Positions 48,368 through 63,300 of a stretch of 64,000 bases of DNA are shown in pieces. The notes beneath the pieces were generated by a model, which saw only the letters and a list, made by a program, of their open reading frames with translations, was not told where the DNA came from and searched no databases. Made by a program: the position numbers and the translations under genes. Position 1 is the stretch's first letter; each line of letters begins with the position of its first letter. This DNA is from Nymphaea colorata (lineage: Eukaryota): positions 20,584,001 through 20,648,000 of the forward strand of contig NC_045138.2 of assembly GCF_008831285.2 (NCBI RefSeq), given 5' to 3'.

Positions 48368-50782
48368 TGTAAAGGAGATTCGCTTATACATATTTGTACA
48401 CAACAAAATTTCATTTACAGGCACCAATTTGATGTATGAAGGCAAGCACTGTTCAGACTGAACGAAATACATGAAGATGACACTTAATGATCTCCATTAT
48501 GAAAATTGACCTGAACTTGAGCAAACCTTCATGGTTAGTGCTGACAGGGAAGATGCTGTGAAGAAATTCCTCCTATCTAATGCTGACTCAAATTGGCCCA
48601 ATATCAGCGCAATGTTATCCATTGTCTTACGCCTTTCATATGTACATGAATTGTGTATACAGGTCACAGCCTCTTCCTACTGACATACAAAATCCAGTGT
48701 AGTTCCATGCGAAGCTTTACATCATTGTTTGCACCCTTAGATTCACAGTCAGTGACGATTCCTAGAAAAATGAAATCCAATCTGAACAAAATTTAGCTCA
48801 TGCTTAGTGGTTGTTAATTGAAGAATCCCAGTTAAGCAGTTGGAAAGAAACAAGAGATGTAACGATAAGTAATGTTGTAAATGTACCATATCTTAAAGTA
48901 TTGTAATCAAGCTGTAAAATTATTTTTAAATTCATAAAAACAAGAAAAATGGAGAAATTTCAAAAAATTAAGAAAAATCTATTTTGTATAAAAAAAAACT
49001 CATCACAGGTAATGAATATTCATAATTCGTCATTCATAAGCCATAATATGTTTTGTTATCAACACATCAAGAAAATAAAACAAATCTCTTCATAAAATAA
49101 ATACAAACCTATGATAAACTTTAGAAAATTTCTACGTGTAAAACTTGAATTGAGATATTGTATACCTTTTGTAGAGAAACACAAAACCCTCTTTTCTGAA
49201 ACATGGACAGTTCTTGCATGAGCAAATGTCATTTCAAACCGGTGATTTTTCCCTCAAATCAACAATTTATTTGGCAATTTCTATCCAAAACCAACAAAAA
49301 TTCTTCCTCCCAAAGCTCTTAAAAGTGTTGAAAATAGAAGGGAAGAGGCAGTTTAAAAAAAAAAAAGATCTAGCAAAAGGGGTGTCGTGCTCATTTTTTT
49401 AAAACTTCACCATATCATAAGACATGGCCCATATCGGTCATATTGTACGATACACCACCATAGCATATGATATGGCACATATACATATGATACACATGAA
49501 AAATGTGTATTCTAAGCGTATCATACAAGTATTGTCGACCTATATGATACAAATTGTATGATACGGATAAATACTAATAATAAGCATGCAGCAACACATC
49601 AAACTAAACAAACAATGCTTGAGATGCACAAAAATTGTTTCGCCAGCCATTTATGAGAATAGAAAACTAGTAGAAGCATGAAAAAATACACAAACAACAT
49701 CAACAATCGATATGGAAAAACAAAAACACACTTCATGAAAAAATACGCAAAAAACACAATCAATATGGAAGAACAAAAGCACACACCAATGATGTGAACT
49801 ATGTCAGGACACCTTTAAAAGGGGTGATGCATCACTAACTGATGCTTCAGGACACAGGTATAGATGCAGCCAGGAACCTGGACGCAGCTGTACTTGTGTA
49901 GGATGCAGGTAACAAAACTATGTCTCATTGATTCAAAACTTGATCTTGATCAACTCTGGTTGAGTTCATATTTGTCGAAGGAGACTTTTGAGACTTCAGA
50001 CAGGCTTCAAGTAGGTCCTCTATGTCTCACTTCTCCTCTTGAGACACGTGCCCCACACACACACACACACATAGAAAGCAAGTCACACACATGTACACAT
50101 GCATGAAGACATAAGAATGCATCACAGCTAGACTCTGGAGGAAACTTGTGTCTAGGTTTTTTCCGCAGAACTGCATAGATGTGAATTCTATGTCTAAAAG
50201 CCTGTAATACTAACAATATTGCAACTGGGGATTATGATCCACCAACCTACTAGTTCTTTTACGAGATATAAGCAGAAGAAATAGTTCTTTTATGAACATA
50301 GAGATTGCATTACAATGTCAGTACACTGGAACAAAATAAGGACTAGGACTTAAAAAATATATGTAATGATTGGAGAAGAACTGCGGCATATAGTTTGGTG
50401 GAACAAATTGTGGCATATTATGCTCTGTCCATCACAATATGTTATGCATACATTTTAACAATCTGCGGCACACAATGAAGCATTAAATTTGAATAAGCAG
50501 GTCCATTTATTTCTGGTCCATCACACAGATTCCATATAGGAGCAAAAGAAATTCCTCAATTTCCTAACATATTCCAATAGAGGTCATACTGAAAACTATT
50601 ATTTAACAGGCAAGCCAATTTTTAAGTAATCAGCATAATATAGAAGATACGGCAACCTTATTTTACCCGATCCTCCCATTACAGTTTAGTTTACGGGCAT
50701 TACTAGTTGAAAATATTTAACAAAAACAAACTAACTTACCAACATATATGCATAATCTCTGAATAGTTCTTCTATCATTACA

Positions 50783-53700
50783 CTATGAGACATTAGTTGC
50801 GCACTGCAGGAAGAAAAAAGACAAATTATGACCTTATATTAGTTAAGCAGTAATGAAGGGCGAGGATGGACAAAATATTGTGGAATACAAAGTGACCAAA
50901 CTTTCTGATTAGGTTATAAGCTAAGTAATTTTTTATTGTTTAAAAAAAAATTGGATACACCCATCACACCATGAAGGCCCTCCATTTCTACTATTCTCAA
51001 TCGAAAATGAAGCCTTTTGTCTACATAAGTGACAGGAAACTAATTTTAGGAAAACATTACCAGAAATTTTTGGACAGCATATTCAGTGTATTTATTTGAA
51101 TAAAAACATTGCAGTTAAAAGAGAATGTAAAAAATTTTGAGTGCTTCAACTGTAATTTATCAATGATAAAGATAATGCATCGAATGCATAATTCCTCATT
51201 CATGAAGTTTAAAATAATAATTTGTTAGATGAGATCCACTAAGATCACTCATGGAATATACATGAAGAATTGAAGATTTTGAAAATATTATCTCCTTTAG
51301 TTCTAAGAATAGATATGGCATGACAAGTGGCAGACTCTCTTCCGAGGTTTTCCAGTAATATCACATCAATAGGTAACTAAATCCATTTTGAATCCACTTA
51401 GGCAACCCAAATCCTTCATTTCTTTTCAAGAGGCCCACCTGGATCCCTCATCACTGAGTATAATAGTGAAGAGGTCAAGTAGAGTAATAGTGAAGGAAAA
51501 GTTGCCTATGAAAAGTTGAAAACCATAGTCACCATGATCCCGTGAAACACAGTTTCGTTTTCTGGATTTATCACATACATTTATTGATTTAGTTTTCATG
51601 TTTTGGGCTTTTTAGCCAGATCTATTTGCGGCATGAAAAGCAGGAGATGTAGGCAGCCCAGAAGTAATAAGGGGGCTATGACTTATTATAAGTTCTAGAT
51701 TCTTTAAGATATACGAATTTGAACAAGCATATTTTCAATACAAAATGTCCACAGACGTTGGAAGTTGCAACTCAGAATATGACTTGCTAACAGAACAGTT
51801 GCTATGTTTGTTTTAAAAGATACAAATCTACCCAAAAAGAAAAACGAGAGAAAACTCATGAGATTCCAAACAAAGTTGGGCATTTATCAATTGTAAAATG
51901 GTAAACCATAGCTATGTATGTGTGTGTGCATGAAGAGACAGAGAGAGAGAGAGAGGGATAGCAAAAGAACAAGCAACTACGTATTTTATATCTTACCCCA
52001 TTTATAGAAAAACAAAACTCTTTACTCTATTCAAAATAAAATACCAATTCATGTTCATAAAACTTTTATGATTATTTTATCCTGACATTTCATTTTTCCA
52101 TATTTATTTATTATCCCTCCTGAGATAATTTCCTTCATTTATTGAAAAGACAAAAACTCAAACATATTTTAACACCTTTGCATGACAGATTTTTGTAATA
52201 GCTTCAATGTGAACGCTCTGCAATTCTTCAAGCGTAGTAACATCAAGGCCAACAAGGTCGTCACCCTGGCAAGAAAGCTAGAATTAATCATTAAATAAAC
52301 AACACAATTGCTGGGACTAAAAAATCATTTACTTTGTCCATGCAAGGCTAAATTACATGGATAAAAACCCGGAAAAAACACCTTACACACAAACATCATC
52401 AAAGAATACAACGTAATATTCTCATGCAAGTAAATCTTAATTTAACTGAAAGCACATGCCAGGATGTCAAGTCTATGAAATAACCACTACCCAATATTTT
52501 TGAACAATTAAAAGTCCCAACAATAGTGACCAACATACAGAAAGAATTTATGACATGCTCTTTAAAACTACGTTTTTCCATTTATCAGAAAAACTTCATA
52601 TGCTCTAAAAAAATTATAAATTTAGGAGAAAACATTAACTTGTATGTCTATTAGCATTTTCTTTCAAAACATATGACAAACATCCATAAAAATTTCTGAA
52701 AAACATAAGAGAAGAACAGAAACAGAAACATAAAAAGGATTTTATCAATGGGAGCTGCAGGTGGGGGATTGGGACCTGACACTGGTCTTTAAAAAATAAA
52801 AAATAAAATTTTAAAAAAAATAAATAAGAAATTAACATCTTCCCTTTCATTTCTTTGAAAAACACAAACAGCCGCTAATTGGAAAAAGATTCCAGATCTG
52901 TCGCTGACATTAATCTGGCAGTAACATGACTTCATACAGATATATATTTTCCAACATAATTGACTCAAAAATGCTGACAATATCAAGATATTTTTAAAAT
53001 TTGGCATATAGTGCAATTTGGTTTGAAATTTTAAATTACAGTAACTATAACGAAAAGGTTAATGTACCTTTAATCTAGAAACGAAGGATTCAAGCTCTTT
53101 GCACTTTTTCTTCTCAGTTTCATAACATTCATATAGTTCTTTCAGCAATTTCTGCTCACCAACAACATTAATTTTCCCATCCTGGTTACTTTTTATGCCA
53201 TTAGATGGTATCACATAATCTTTCACACTCTGCTGCAATATTATTCCTGTGTTCATCCCATCAAATGTTAATTCTTCTGATACAAGCCCTGCCTGCTTCA
53301 TTTTTGCAAAAAGCACCCACATATTTGCAAGTTCATGTTCCAAGTCCTTTTCCCGATGTTTTGCTTCCTCAATTTTCTTTTGCAGTTCTGCTTCTCTTTG
53401 ACCTTTCTGAGATAATGCAGACTCCAAGGAAGCCTCTCTTTGGCATCTAACAGCAAGTTCATTCTTCAACTCTTCTATTAACACATCATTCAACCCTTTT
53501 GGACATTCATCACTTTCGATTCCATTATCTAGTTCACAATGTCCATAACTCAAAATATCTTGCTGACAGCAACTGTTCCTGCAGAATGTCTCTTCCTTGG
53601 CTGCAGTAAGGTCAGTGTTCAATCTTGCATTGTGATAAGTAAGTCTTGTAACCTCTTCAGCCAAATTCCTAAGTTCAACTGCTGCTGCAGATGCCAACTC

Positions 53701-56700
53701 TTTGGCATATGATGCTTCCTCTCCAAGCTTCTGGCACTGAATCTCGAGCCCTCCTTTTTCTTCAAGCAATGTGTCCTTCTCTTGTTTAAGTTTCTCGATC
53801 TCTTCAACCTAAGAAGACATTCATAAAAAAAGCATAAAAAAAAAGGGGGCAAGTCAGATAGCTAACATTGAAAGCAAAGTCTTCAAACAAATGGTTAAAA
53901 AATGAGTTGCAAAATTGAATTTAAACAAAGAAAACTAGAGAAGAGTAGTAATAACCAGCAAAAAGTTCTTCTCTTGCAATAGTTGACTGTTCTCGCATGA
54001 TGTACAAGTATTTTGTGAAGACATTGCAGACAAGTTTATGACACTTGTTGGTGTATTTGCATCAGTACAACTCTCATCAAATGAAAGATCAAGATCAGTC
54101 CATTTTGCCGCTTCCTTGGATCCATGTACAATATATTTTTCTTGAGCTGAGCCTTTATCCATCAAAGAGCTCATTTGTTGCCTCAGCAGCAGAATAGTCT
54201 CTTGCATTTCTGCATTTTCAGATAACTGACAGGTTCAGGTAAAAGATATGTTAGTATACAAATTTCTAGCCTTTAGAAATTGATACTCTAGAATTGACAA
54301 TGTCCAAATACACGTTAACAGGTCAATATGATTGCCAGAATTTCACACGGGAAGAAGAGATTTTTTGAAGTTTTATAGAATTCTACAGCATTTACCTTCA
54401 ACTGAAGCTGCTCTTGAAGAATCCTGTTGTCTGCAGACTTGATCTTCATATTTCATTATCAGACAATAGAATGCAAAGCAAAACAACATCAGGATACATT
54501 GGAACAACATTAAGATACATAAAACAATTACTTGAATGCAAGAGGCGTACCTCAAGTTCAAAAGTTTTTTCATTTAACTGGGTTGCCAGCTTTGAGAGAG
54601 CCTGAATTAAAACTTCAACACATAAGACAAGCACCACAACAGAGACTACAAGGTAAATGAAAATTATGTGAAAATAAAGAAATAAGGTGGAGATAAAGAA
54701 GACATATGCCAGCAAGGGAATTTCTTGTAACAAGGCATGTAAATTTGACAAATCCTCTTAACAAATATAAAGCAAAAAACTTAACAAATATAAAGCAAAA
54801 AACAAACACTCATTAGTTAAAAGTTAAAGAAAGCCTAAACCATGGTTTAGCAAAACACAATAATAGCCAAAGGTTTCTTAAACATAGCAAAGGCATAAAA
54901 TTACATTTAATTTTCACTAAAGAAAAGAAAAAGGTAAACCAATCGGTATTATGATTAGCAACGTTTTGATGACGATCATGAGCCTGTACTTCGAAATATG
55001 CAAAGCAACCCTATTTTTGCTTTTGGGTTTTCTTTATCAAACTCATCCTATTGCAAATTACAAATTCATACCTGTCTAACTACAAATGACAAATCAACCC
55101 CTGCCTTTCATTTATATTTTAGATTGGTCCTTGAAGCTAAATTTGCGGTTAAAGGAAACTCATTTATTGATTATGCACCCTTAATCCTTTCTTAATAAAC
55201 AGGGATAAAGGTCAACAGTCAAGTTACAAAAATAATTCAGTAAATAAACAAAAATTGCAAAATAGTACTGCCAACAGTTTAATATATCCTAAAACCCTTT
55301 TTACTAATTATTAACTCTTCTCAACATTTGTTACATATAATATTGGTTCTACCTACTCTTAATAGCAAAACAAAGGTAATCACTTAACATGAAATGTAAC
55401 TGCCAAAAGAGTACCACTAATGTCATACAAATCAACCAAGTTACCTGGGAAATATCAAATGTACCAATTGATCGAGGAGTCACTTCAACCGTCCCCAGCA
55501 TTCGTTGTTCAAGAATGTGCATTTGTAGCCTTTTTTCATTGATTTCATCTTTTAGCTTCCGGATTTGCCCCTACAGGAATGAATGTCAACACATCAGAAA
55601 TTCCAGGAAAAAGGGAAGAACGACAAGCATATGGTTTCTTCATATGATCTTGTGACCCACTTGGAGTTTAGAATCATCAGGCCTTTCAGCTGCTTGTTCA
55701 GCTAATCGCTTTAATGAACTTGTACATAAGGCAACTTCTCCCGCCAACATTTTAACCTGTTCTCGAAGTAGATCCATCTGGTCTGTGATAGTGGTTCCAG
55801 TCTGCAGAAATGGAAGTAAAATTCATTTTTCTGACCAAGTTCAAAGTCAAAATTTAAGTACATAAGCTTTTAAAGAGATAATATTTAAACAATGAAACAT
55901 ATATTATTTCCAATTCCAATAATCAACAATACAACTCATCCTGGAAATGAGTGGTACAATTAAATTATCAACAACTTCAATTTATGATAGGCACATTAAA
56001 GTAACACTTGAAGAGAAGGAACTGTTGGTCACTAAGGTCTAATTAACTGTAACACCTTATCTGGATTCTGGACCTTAGAAAAATTCTATATTGAAGTTTT
56101 CGAAAAATCTTGAGGATTTTATATACCCATGCACTATACTAACGGTTGACCTGATTAGTGCCCTCTTGACTGCAACCAGAGCTGGATTAGGCACTGCCAT
56201 TGATATCGTGATGTTTCGAAAATAGCATGATGTTAACGAGGAAAAACAGAAAAAGAAAAATGTTTTTTTAACATGAAAACAGATTTGTGAAAATTTTTTC
56301 GCGTTTGTCCCATTTTTTGTTTTTTTTTTTTCTCATGTTTTACATCAATATATTCATCTTCAGATTTAAACTTAAATGAAGCTATTTGTCATCATTTTTA
56401 TCATCACTAAAAAATTATTTTTATCATTTTATCTAGTTTTTTTAATTTTTTGATTAGTTTCTCATTTATTTTAGTTTTACGTAATTTTCAGATTTTTCTT
56501 TTTTCTAAGATTTTTCTGACAAAACAACTTTGATGAAAAATACCCAAGAAGAACCTTGCCATTAAAAACCTGATAATGATATTTGTGACAATGATTAGGA
56601 TGCAAATCAAAGCCAGCTATGAAGTGGGTTACAATCCAGCACTCGGACTTGTTTTGGCCAAGTTGTTACATTAACACAACATTGCCTTCAGTAGCAAACA

Positions 56701-58803
56701 ATACATTTATTGTGTACTGTGCATTAAGTAGGAACAGTATCTCCCACATGCTTGATGCAGTTTATGATGTATATGCAATAAAATTGTGCCCACTACCAAA
56801 GAGAAGAAGAGTGAAACCTTAGGTTAGAATTAAGAAATAAGCACAAAAGATATCATATTCCATGTGAACTGGATCTAGTCCCATGGTCAATAAATGGTGT
56901 GCTAGAATAATCATAGTTAACTCTTCAAAAATAGTTGCTCATTGCCCTAAAATCTATAAATTTAAAAAAAAAAAAAAAGCCTGTCTATTAAACATGGTAA
57001 GATAGATAAAAGCTTTCAAGAATGTATGAAAAGCAAAGGCTTAAATCCTATTCCAATATTATGAAACCAATGTGTAAGTGTAACTTAACTATTATGCAGG
57101 CTTTTTATTTTCCAAAAAAAGTTGTATCAGTAACTGTGAGCAGAGGCAGAGTTTGCGGTAACTTTTTGCAGTCAGGTGAGCTTCCTAAGGAAGAGTTTTG
57201 GAGTGTACTGATTAAAAATATGTCCATCTCAGATTTTCAATACGGCACATGCCTTTCTACTGGAACTAAGCCCTTTATCCTAGTGCACAAGAGCCTATTT
57301 CTGATACTAAACCTCTCAAGAGCACAAATACTGCTGAAGGTACCATAAGTGGCCAGCACAGGTGCCAGCGCAGGTTAAGATTGCGGAAAGGTAGCTTCAA
57401 GTTTCAGCACTAAAGTGAATAAAATCGAACATGAAAATGTTCCTAATTCAAATAAATTAATCCAACTGCTTTTGTAAATCAAATAGACTATATTGTCCTA
57501 ACACAGCTCCAATTGGCTAATACATTTTATAAAGAATATTTATTTGTTTTTTAATATGAGAAAACAATTTGATGTTACCATTATCGGTTGAAATGAAACA
57601 GCTTGTATTGGACATTGACACCAATATGCAAAATTAGGTAAAATAACCGTAATGCTATGGACATTTGGGGACATCAAAATCACCAATTCAGCAAGAATAG
57701 GACACCAGACTGTGAAAATTAATTTCAATTGTATCTTATGACTGGTCTTAGTTTTGAGGGGAAACAACATGTGTAGATGCTTCAAACTAAACATAATCAT
57801 GCCATATGCAGAACCATCAAATATGTCATATGAGTGAGAGGTGTTCATGGAGGGGGTGCCTCTGTGTGCATGGCGTATGCATGTGCAAAAGTTTGTATAA
57901 AAAGTTCTTTTCTTATAAATTACAAAAGAAAAGTTTTACAAATTGTAAAATAGGGCTCTTTCTAAAAAATCAATATTTGAAAATAAAAAAGATGAGATGA
58001 ACCTATCCTAAGTATACATTTGCTCTTTCAGTTCCAACGCCTAGTTGCTTCTGCTAGCTCCTTTCTGCCACTGCCAAGCCAGGTATCTGTTCTCTCCTTC
58101 TTCCTTCTCTTCTTCTTCCTTTTCTTGGTAAAGTTACCACACCAAAGCTGCAACAGCAGCCACATCCACACTGCATTGCATCGACAAGTGTGTGGCAGTG
58201 TTCATAACTGGTCCATGTGACACAAAATAAGAAGCACAAGCATCACATTTTTTTCTTTCACAAAAATTGGATGAGCTCCTCCCTTGGGCATCATCCAATT
58301 GTCCTTTTAGATTCTCTAAGGCTTCAGGGTAGATAAAATATCTGGCAGCCACCTGTGGTTACATTGTCAATCTTCTCTTACACCCACTGCAATGACCTGC
58401 ACTATTTTGCTCACATATCTTCTTGTTTATCTTTCATGTATTTTGTTGAAGTTCACTGTCCAAGATATTTTACAAACTACAGGTAATAAATAGGGAACCA
58501 ATGTAACATTTTCATGGTATTTTCATGTACAGGTTGCAAAGCACTAAATATCTTAGGAAGTTGGGAAGGATGGAGACCATTAGCTTAACAAAGATCTAAG
58601 ACAGACTCTCCCTAACCAGTGTAACTCCATCTAAAAAAGAGACTCAAGCAAGCAAGACACTGATCTCTGAAAGAAGATTTGACCCTCTTTCAGGGAAAAT
58701 GAGATTAAACACTAAATCAGTGAAACTTCATCCAACCAAGATACCATTCCAAGAGTTTAAACTGTAAACTATCTCCTCTCTGAAGGAAGATGCGGAAAAG
58801 TTT

Positions 58804-58875
<72 letters not shown>

Positions 58876-59560
58876 GGAAGATGACCTTAAGGTTTAAGCT
58901 ATAAACCAGTGTCACTCCATCCAAGCAAGAAAGTATCAGCACACATTAATTTATACGCAGCGCCAGATGGAAGATGAGTTGAAGCTCTAGTCCTGTGTAA
59001 CTCCATTCAAGCAAGACTATATCATTGCACACAATTTTTTTTCTTATGTGTGGGTGAAAAAGATAAAAAAGGAAGCAGATGAGTTTAAATTCTGAACCAG
59101 AGTAAATCCATCAAAGCAAGAAAATATCAGTACCAATATTTCCTTTTTCATGTGGGTGCAGAGGATAACAAACTTGAGCAGAGGGATAAGTTCGAACTGG
59201 TCTAATCCAACCAAGAAAATGCCATTTTTAACATTACCATTTTGGTGTCTGGTTGTACACAAGATTGAGTTATTAGAAACATATTTCCAAACTTATTAGA
59301 AGCAAAAGTTGCCAGCTTACAGGAGGAAGACCACGCCCTCTTGGAGCAGCACAAAACAAGTCGCCAGCTTGTGTTCTCTCCTGAAAGGAATTGGTGATTG
59401 AAGAAGCATCATCAACTGCTCTACTCACGGACTTTCTTTGTCCATCCTTCATATCCAAGACTAGATCCTTCTGCTGAGATGACCGTGAAGATGCAGGAGA
59501 GCCGCTTGCTGAACTTTCACAATCAGTATTAGAAGCTATTCCTCCAAAATTTTCAGGGCG
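50783..59560 (-). CDS. Kinesin-7 family protein (KIN-7C/MKRP1-like), C-terminal coiled-coil part only; exons 59560-59321, 55801-55661, 55570-55445, 54601-54551, 54443-54396, 54225-53956, 53808-53068, 52265-52176, 50803-50783; motor domain lies beyond the window
   Basis: Phase-0 GT-AG exons give TQAGDLF...TGTTITDQMDLLREQVKMLAGEVALCTSSLKRL, LNEKTFELEIKSADNRILQEQL, EEASYAKELASAAAVELRNLAEEVT, LEHELANMWVL, GDDLVGLDVTTLEELQSVHIEAITKICHAK. These are typical of plant kinesin-7 tails. Confidence 0.88.
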
Positions 59561-59593
59561 CTGTGAAAAAAAATTCCTATGTCAAAACAAGCA

Positions 59594-59857
59594 AATAAAG
59601 GACACCTTAGCAAGCCAACAAAAGAAGACTATACACGGGAATCTGCAATTGCAGGTTATGCCAAGGAAGGAACTAAACTCTTATTAAGAAACAACAGGAA
59701 CTTGTAGTTTAGATTTTAGAGTACAATAAAGGACACCTTAGCAAGCCAACAAAAGAAGACTATACACGGGAATCTGCAATTGCAGGTTATGCCAAGGAAG
59801 GAACTAAACTCTTATTAACAAACAACAGGAACTTGTAGTTTAGATTTTAGAGTACAA
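59594..59857. repeat. 131-bp near-perfect tandem duplication in a kinesin intron
   Basis: AATAAAGGACACCTTAGCAAG...TTTTAGAGTAC starts at 59594 and 59725; one substitution seen. Confidence 0.95.
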
Positions 59858-60365
59858 AACCACATTACAAGAAATTTTGCAGAGTGATAAAACCAAACAG
59901 AAATAAAATACAAACAAAAAAAATGCTACACAAGGGGGCAAAAAAAAAACCATTTATAAAAGGAAGCTGACAAAGAACGGCAATAGCCTTAACCCATTCA
60001 TGAATAAAATAAAGAAATAGCAAATAAAAGCACAATAAAACTAACACAATTTAGCTGGCAAACTATAAAACCAGACTTCAAGATCACTCAAGAGAGTCTT
60101 ACAGCATGGACAAATAATTGTGTTTGCAGATCCTTTGTACTAAAAAATTTAAGAAACAGAAGAAAAAAAAAAAGTTGACAACTTTCAGAACTAAGCTACA
60201 TAAGTATAAAGGAGAACTAAGAGCCAAACACCAAAATGGCATAAATTTGTGCACCATATTACATGTGAACATTGGTTACAAAATGTGTATGCTGCTGTTA
60301 CATTTTAAAAAAAAAACTGGAGGTTATATATAAAAAGAGAGAGAAAGAGAGGAACATGTGTATAC

Positions 60366-63300
60366 TGTTGAAATAAGAATGTTTATGTTTCTAGGTGGTT
60401 CTTTGTAATATTAAAGAGTTATAAGATTTCTTTAATATTTCCTTTATTTTAGATTGATGTAATATGTAAATCTTCTTTCTACCCTAATCTCTTTATAATA
60501 GAGATTAGGGTTAGTGAATGGAACGTGTTCTTTTCTTCTCAACTCTCACGTCTTCAGCCCTCTCTCTCTCTCTCCACGTTTCAAGGCTGCAACATGGTAT
60601 CAGAATGGGACGTGACTGGCGACGCGACTTGAACAGCCGGTGATAGGCTGCAGACGTCGGTGAATCTGGCGACATGACGTGAACAGCCGGCGACCCTCCT
60701 TCTCCTTCTCAGGCTATCTCTTCCACCGTCTTGTTCTCCTTCCTCTTCTTCCGTCTCTTCCTTCTTCTCTTCTCATTTGTTCTAGTTGACTGATTTCCAG
60801 CAACGGAACTAGGTGGAGGAGTCTATTCACGCTAGGAGGTATGCGTGAATAGACTCCAGTCGTGGAGACTCTTATGGTTTGATGTGGTCTATGATCAAGG
60901 CAGCCAAGTGGAGGACTGCTCTTTATGATTTTTTGTGGCAGTTTACGTTGAATACATTTATCTTTTGTCATTATTCATGATGTGTGAAAATTAATGTGTG
61001 GTACAGCTGCGTTAGATACATAAATAGACAAGTTGTTGGTTGGAGCAGATTATTGTGGGCTTGCTGTTAGCAGTTTTTTTTAGATTGCTGTTCTTTTTGG
61101 CCGTGGGTTGCTGTCAACAGTTGGACAGCGGTTTGCTTGCTCTTATGCATCTAACCTGGCTGTGTGGGAAGTTTGGTCTTGCTGATCAGTCTCTTTTTTC
61201 AATATATATATATATATATATATATATTCTCTTGCCTGTGGTGGTTGATCTCTTGTGGATAGATTTGCAATGGCTGAAAATCTCAGGACTGATTTTTCTC
61301 ATGAGGTTAAAAGTGGAGGAAATCCATTCTCTTATGGTTCTACGGTAAAGTTAGATGGATCTAACTATGAGATTTGGTCTCATGTGTTTATAATGTCAGT
61401 GATTGGACATCAGAAGGAGCATGTTATAGAAGAAAATGAGTCTGTCGAAAAAAGTGGAAAATATGGTTCATGGAAGGGAGATAATAATATTGTCATGTCG
61501 TGGATCATGAATAGTTTACAACCACAAATCGCATCAACTATTGCATACTGTACCTCGGCCAAACAAATGTGGGATTTCTTGGAACAAACTTACTCAAATG
61601 ACAAGAATGTTAGCAAGATATTGCAGGTGGAGGAGGAATTACTTAATCTGCAACAGGGTGATCAAAGTCTTGCTCAGTACTTCGCTTCCCTCAAGTCCAT
61701 CTATGAACAACTTAAAGCATTACGTCCCCCATGTCCAACATGTCATAAAACTCATGGTGAACAGTCTATGGTTGCGAAGTTTTTACAGGGTCTCGCCCCT
61801 GACTATGCTGTAGCAAAGGCTCAGATGTTGACTGGAGCAGAAATCCCTGACCAAGCCGAAGCTTACAACAAACTTAGTCGTCTTGTTGTGACCCTTTCTC
61901 AGCCCTCTAGTGACTTACAGGCTTCTGCCTTGGTAGCCTCAGGAGGTTGTGGACGCGGTTCATTCAGGGGGAGAGGCATTGGTCGTGGGTCAGGAGGAGG
62001 TAGGGGGAGATTTCAGTGCACCTATTGTGGTAAAATAGGACATTTAGAAGACAGATGTTGGGATAAACATGGTCGTCCTTCCGTTGCATCCCTAAGAAGA
62101 AATGTTGCATCTAAGCAGGGCAAGAATTCTTTACCGTCTCCTATTGGGTCTGCTCAGGCAGCTTCATCAGTTGTAGATGGGTCTTTATCTTCTTCTCACC
62201 CTAAGACAGTGACAGTGAGTATCAACAAGTCTGAGTATGAGGACTTCCTAGCACTCAGATCTTCCCAGCCGTCGGCCTCTACAGTCATGATAGACAGTGC
62301 TACGTCCGTTGATAGTGTCCCACATGATACAGGTACTACCTGGACCGAAGCATCGAGACACTTTTGTAGCAAACCTTCTATGTTTATTGTGCTACACATG
62401 TTGCCTCAGGCACGTCATGTGAAACTTGCAGATGGTAGATGGTCACCTATTCTGGGTTATGGTGATATCAAGATTTCTCAGTCTATGACTATTCCTAATG
62501 TGTTATATGCTCCTAAGTTCCCAACAAATTTGTTATCAGTTGGACAATTGATTAATGACTTACACTGTCGTGTAACATTTGACTATGGTTTATGTTCATT
62601 TCAGGACTTGCAAACTGGGAAGACGATTGGTGGAGGCTATGAGAAAGGAGGCATCTACTTCCTGTCGGATCCAATGGGTATTGCAGCATCATCGATCACC
62701 TCACCGTCCTCCTCTTTCCAGTGGCATCTCAGATTTGGTCATCCATCTGTCTCCAAGCTCCGTCACCTTCTTCCTCAGCTTTCAATACCAGAGTCATTCC
62801 AGTGTGAAGCCTATCAACTTGGCAAACACATCCGTAGCAGTTATTCATCCGTCCAGTTGTGGACTATTTGATCTTCTTCATGTTGATGTGTGGGGTCCTA
62901 GCAGAGTTGCTAGTAGGTCAAGATTTCGGTATTTTCTTGTCATTGTTGATGATTATTCTCGAGTCACTTGGGTCTTCCTTTTGAAGGAAAGGTCTAAAGT
63001 AGTATGTATTCTCAAAAATCTTGTTATTGAAATAAAGACCCAGTTTGGTATTCTTGTTAAAAACATTCGCACTGATAACGCCCTTGAGTTCAAAGCCTCA
63101 ACCTTAATGAAGTTTTACTCCGATAATGGCATTTCTCCTCAGTTTACTTGTCCTCATACCTCCCAACAAAATGGAGTAGCTGAACGTAAACATCGCCAAC
63201 TCTTAAATGTGGCTCGTTCCCTAATGCTTCATACCAAGTTACCTGCATCTTTTTGGGGAGATGTCATCCTCACGGCCTGTTACTTAACCAACCGTTTACC

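Noticed and set aside
58600..59030. Three GTGTAACTCCATC...AAGCAAG motifs around a (CT)n tract
   Set aside because: Could be a decayed element, but boundaries and a TSD could not be established.
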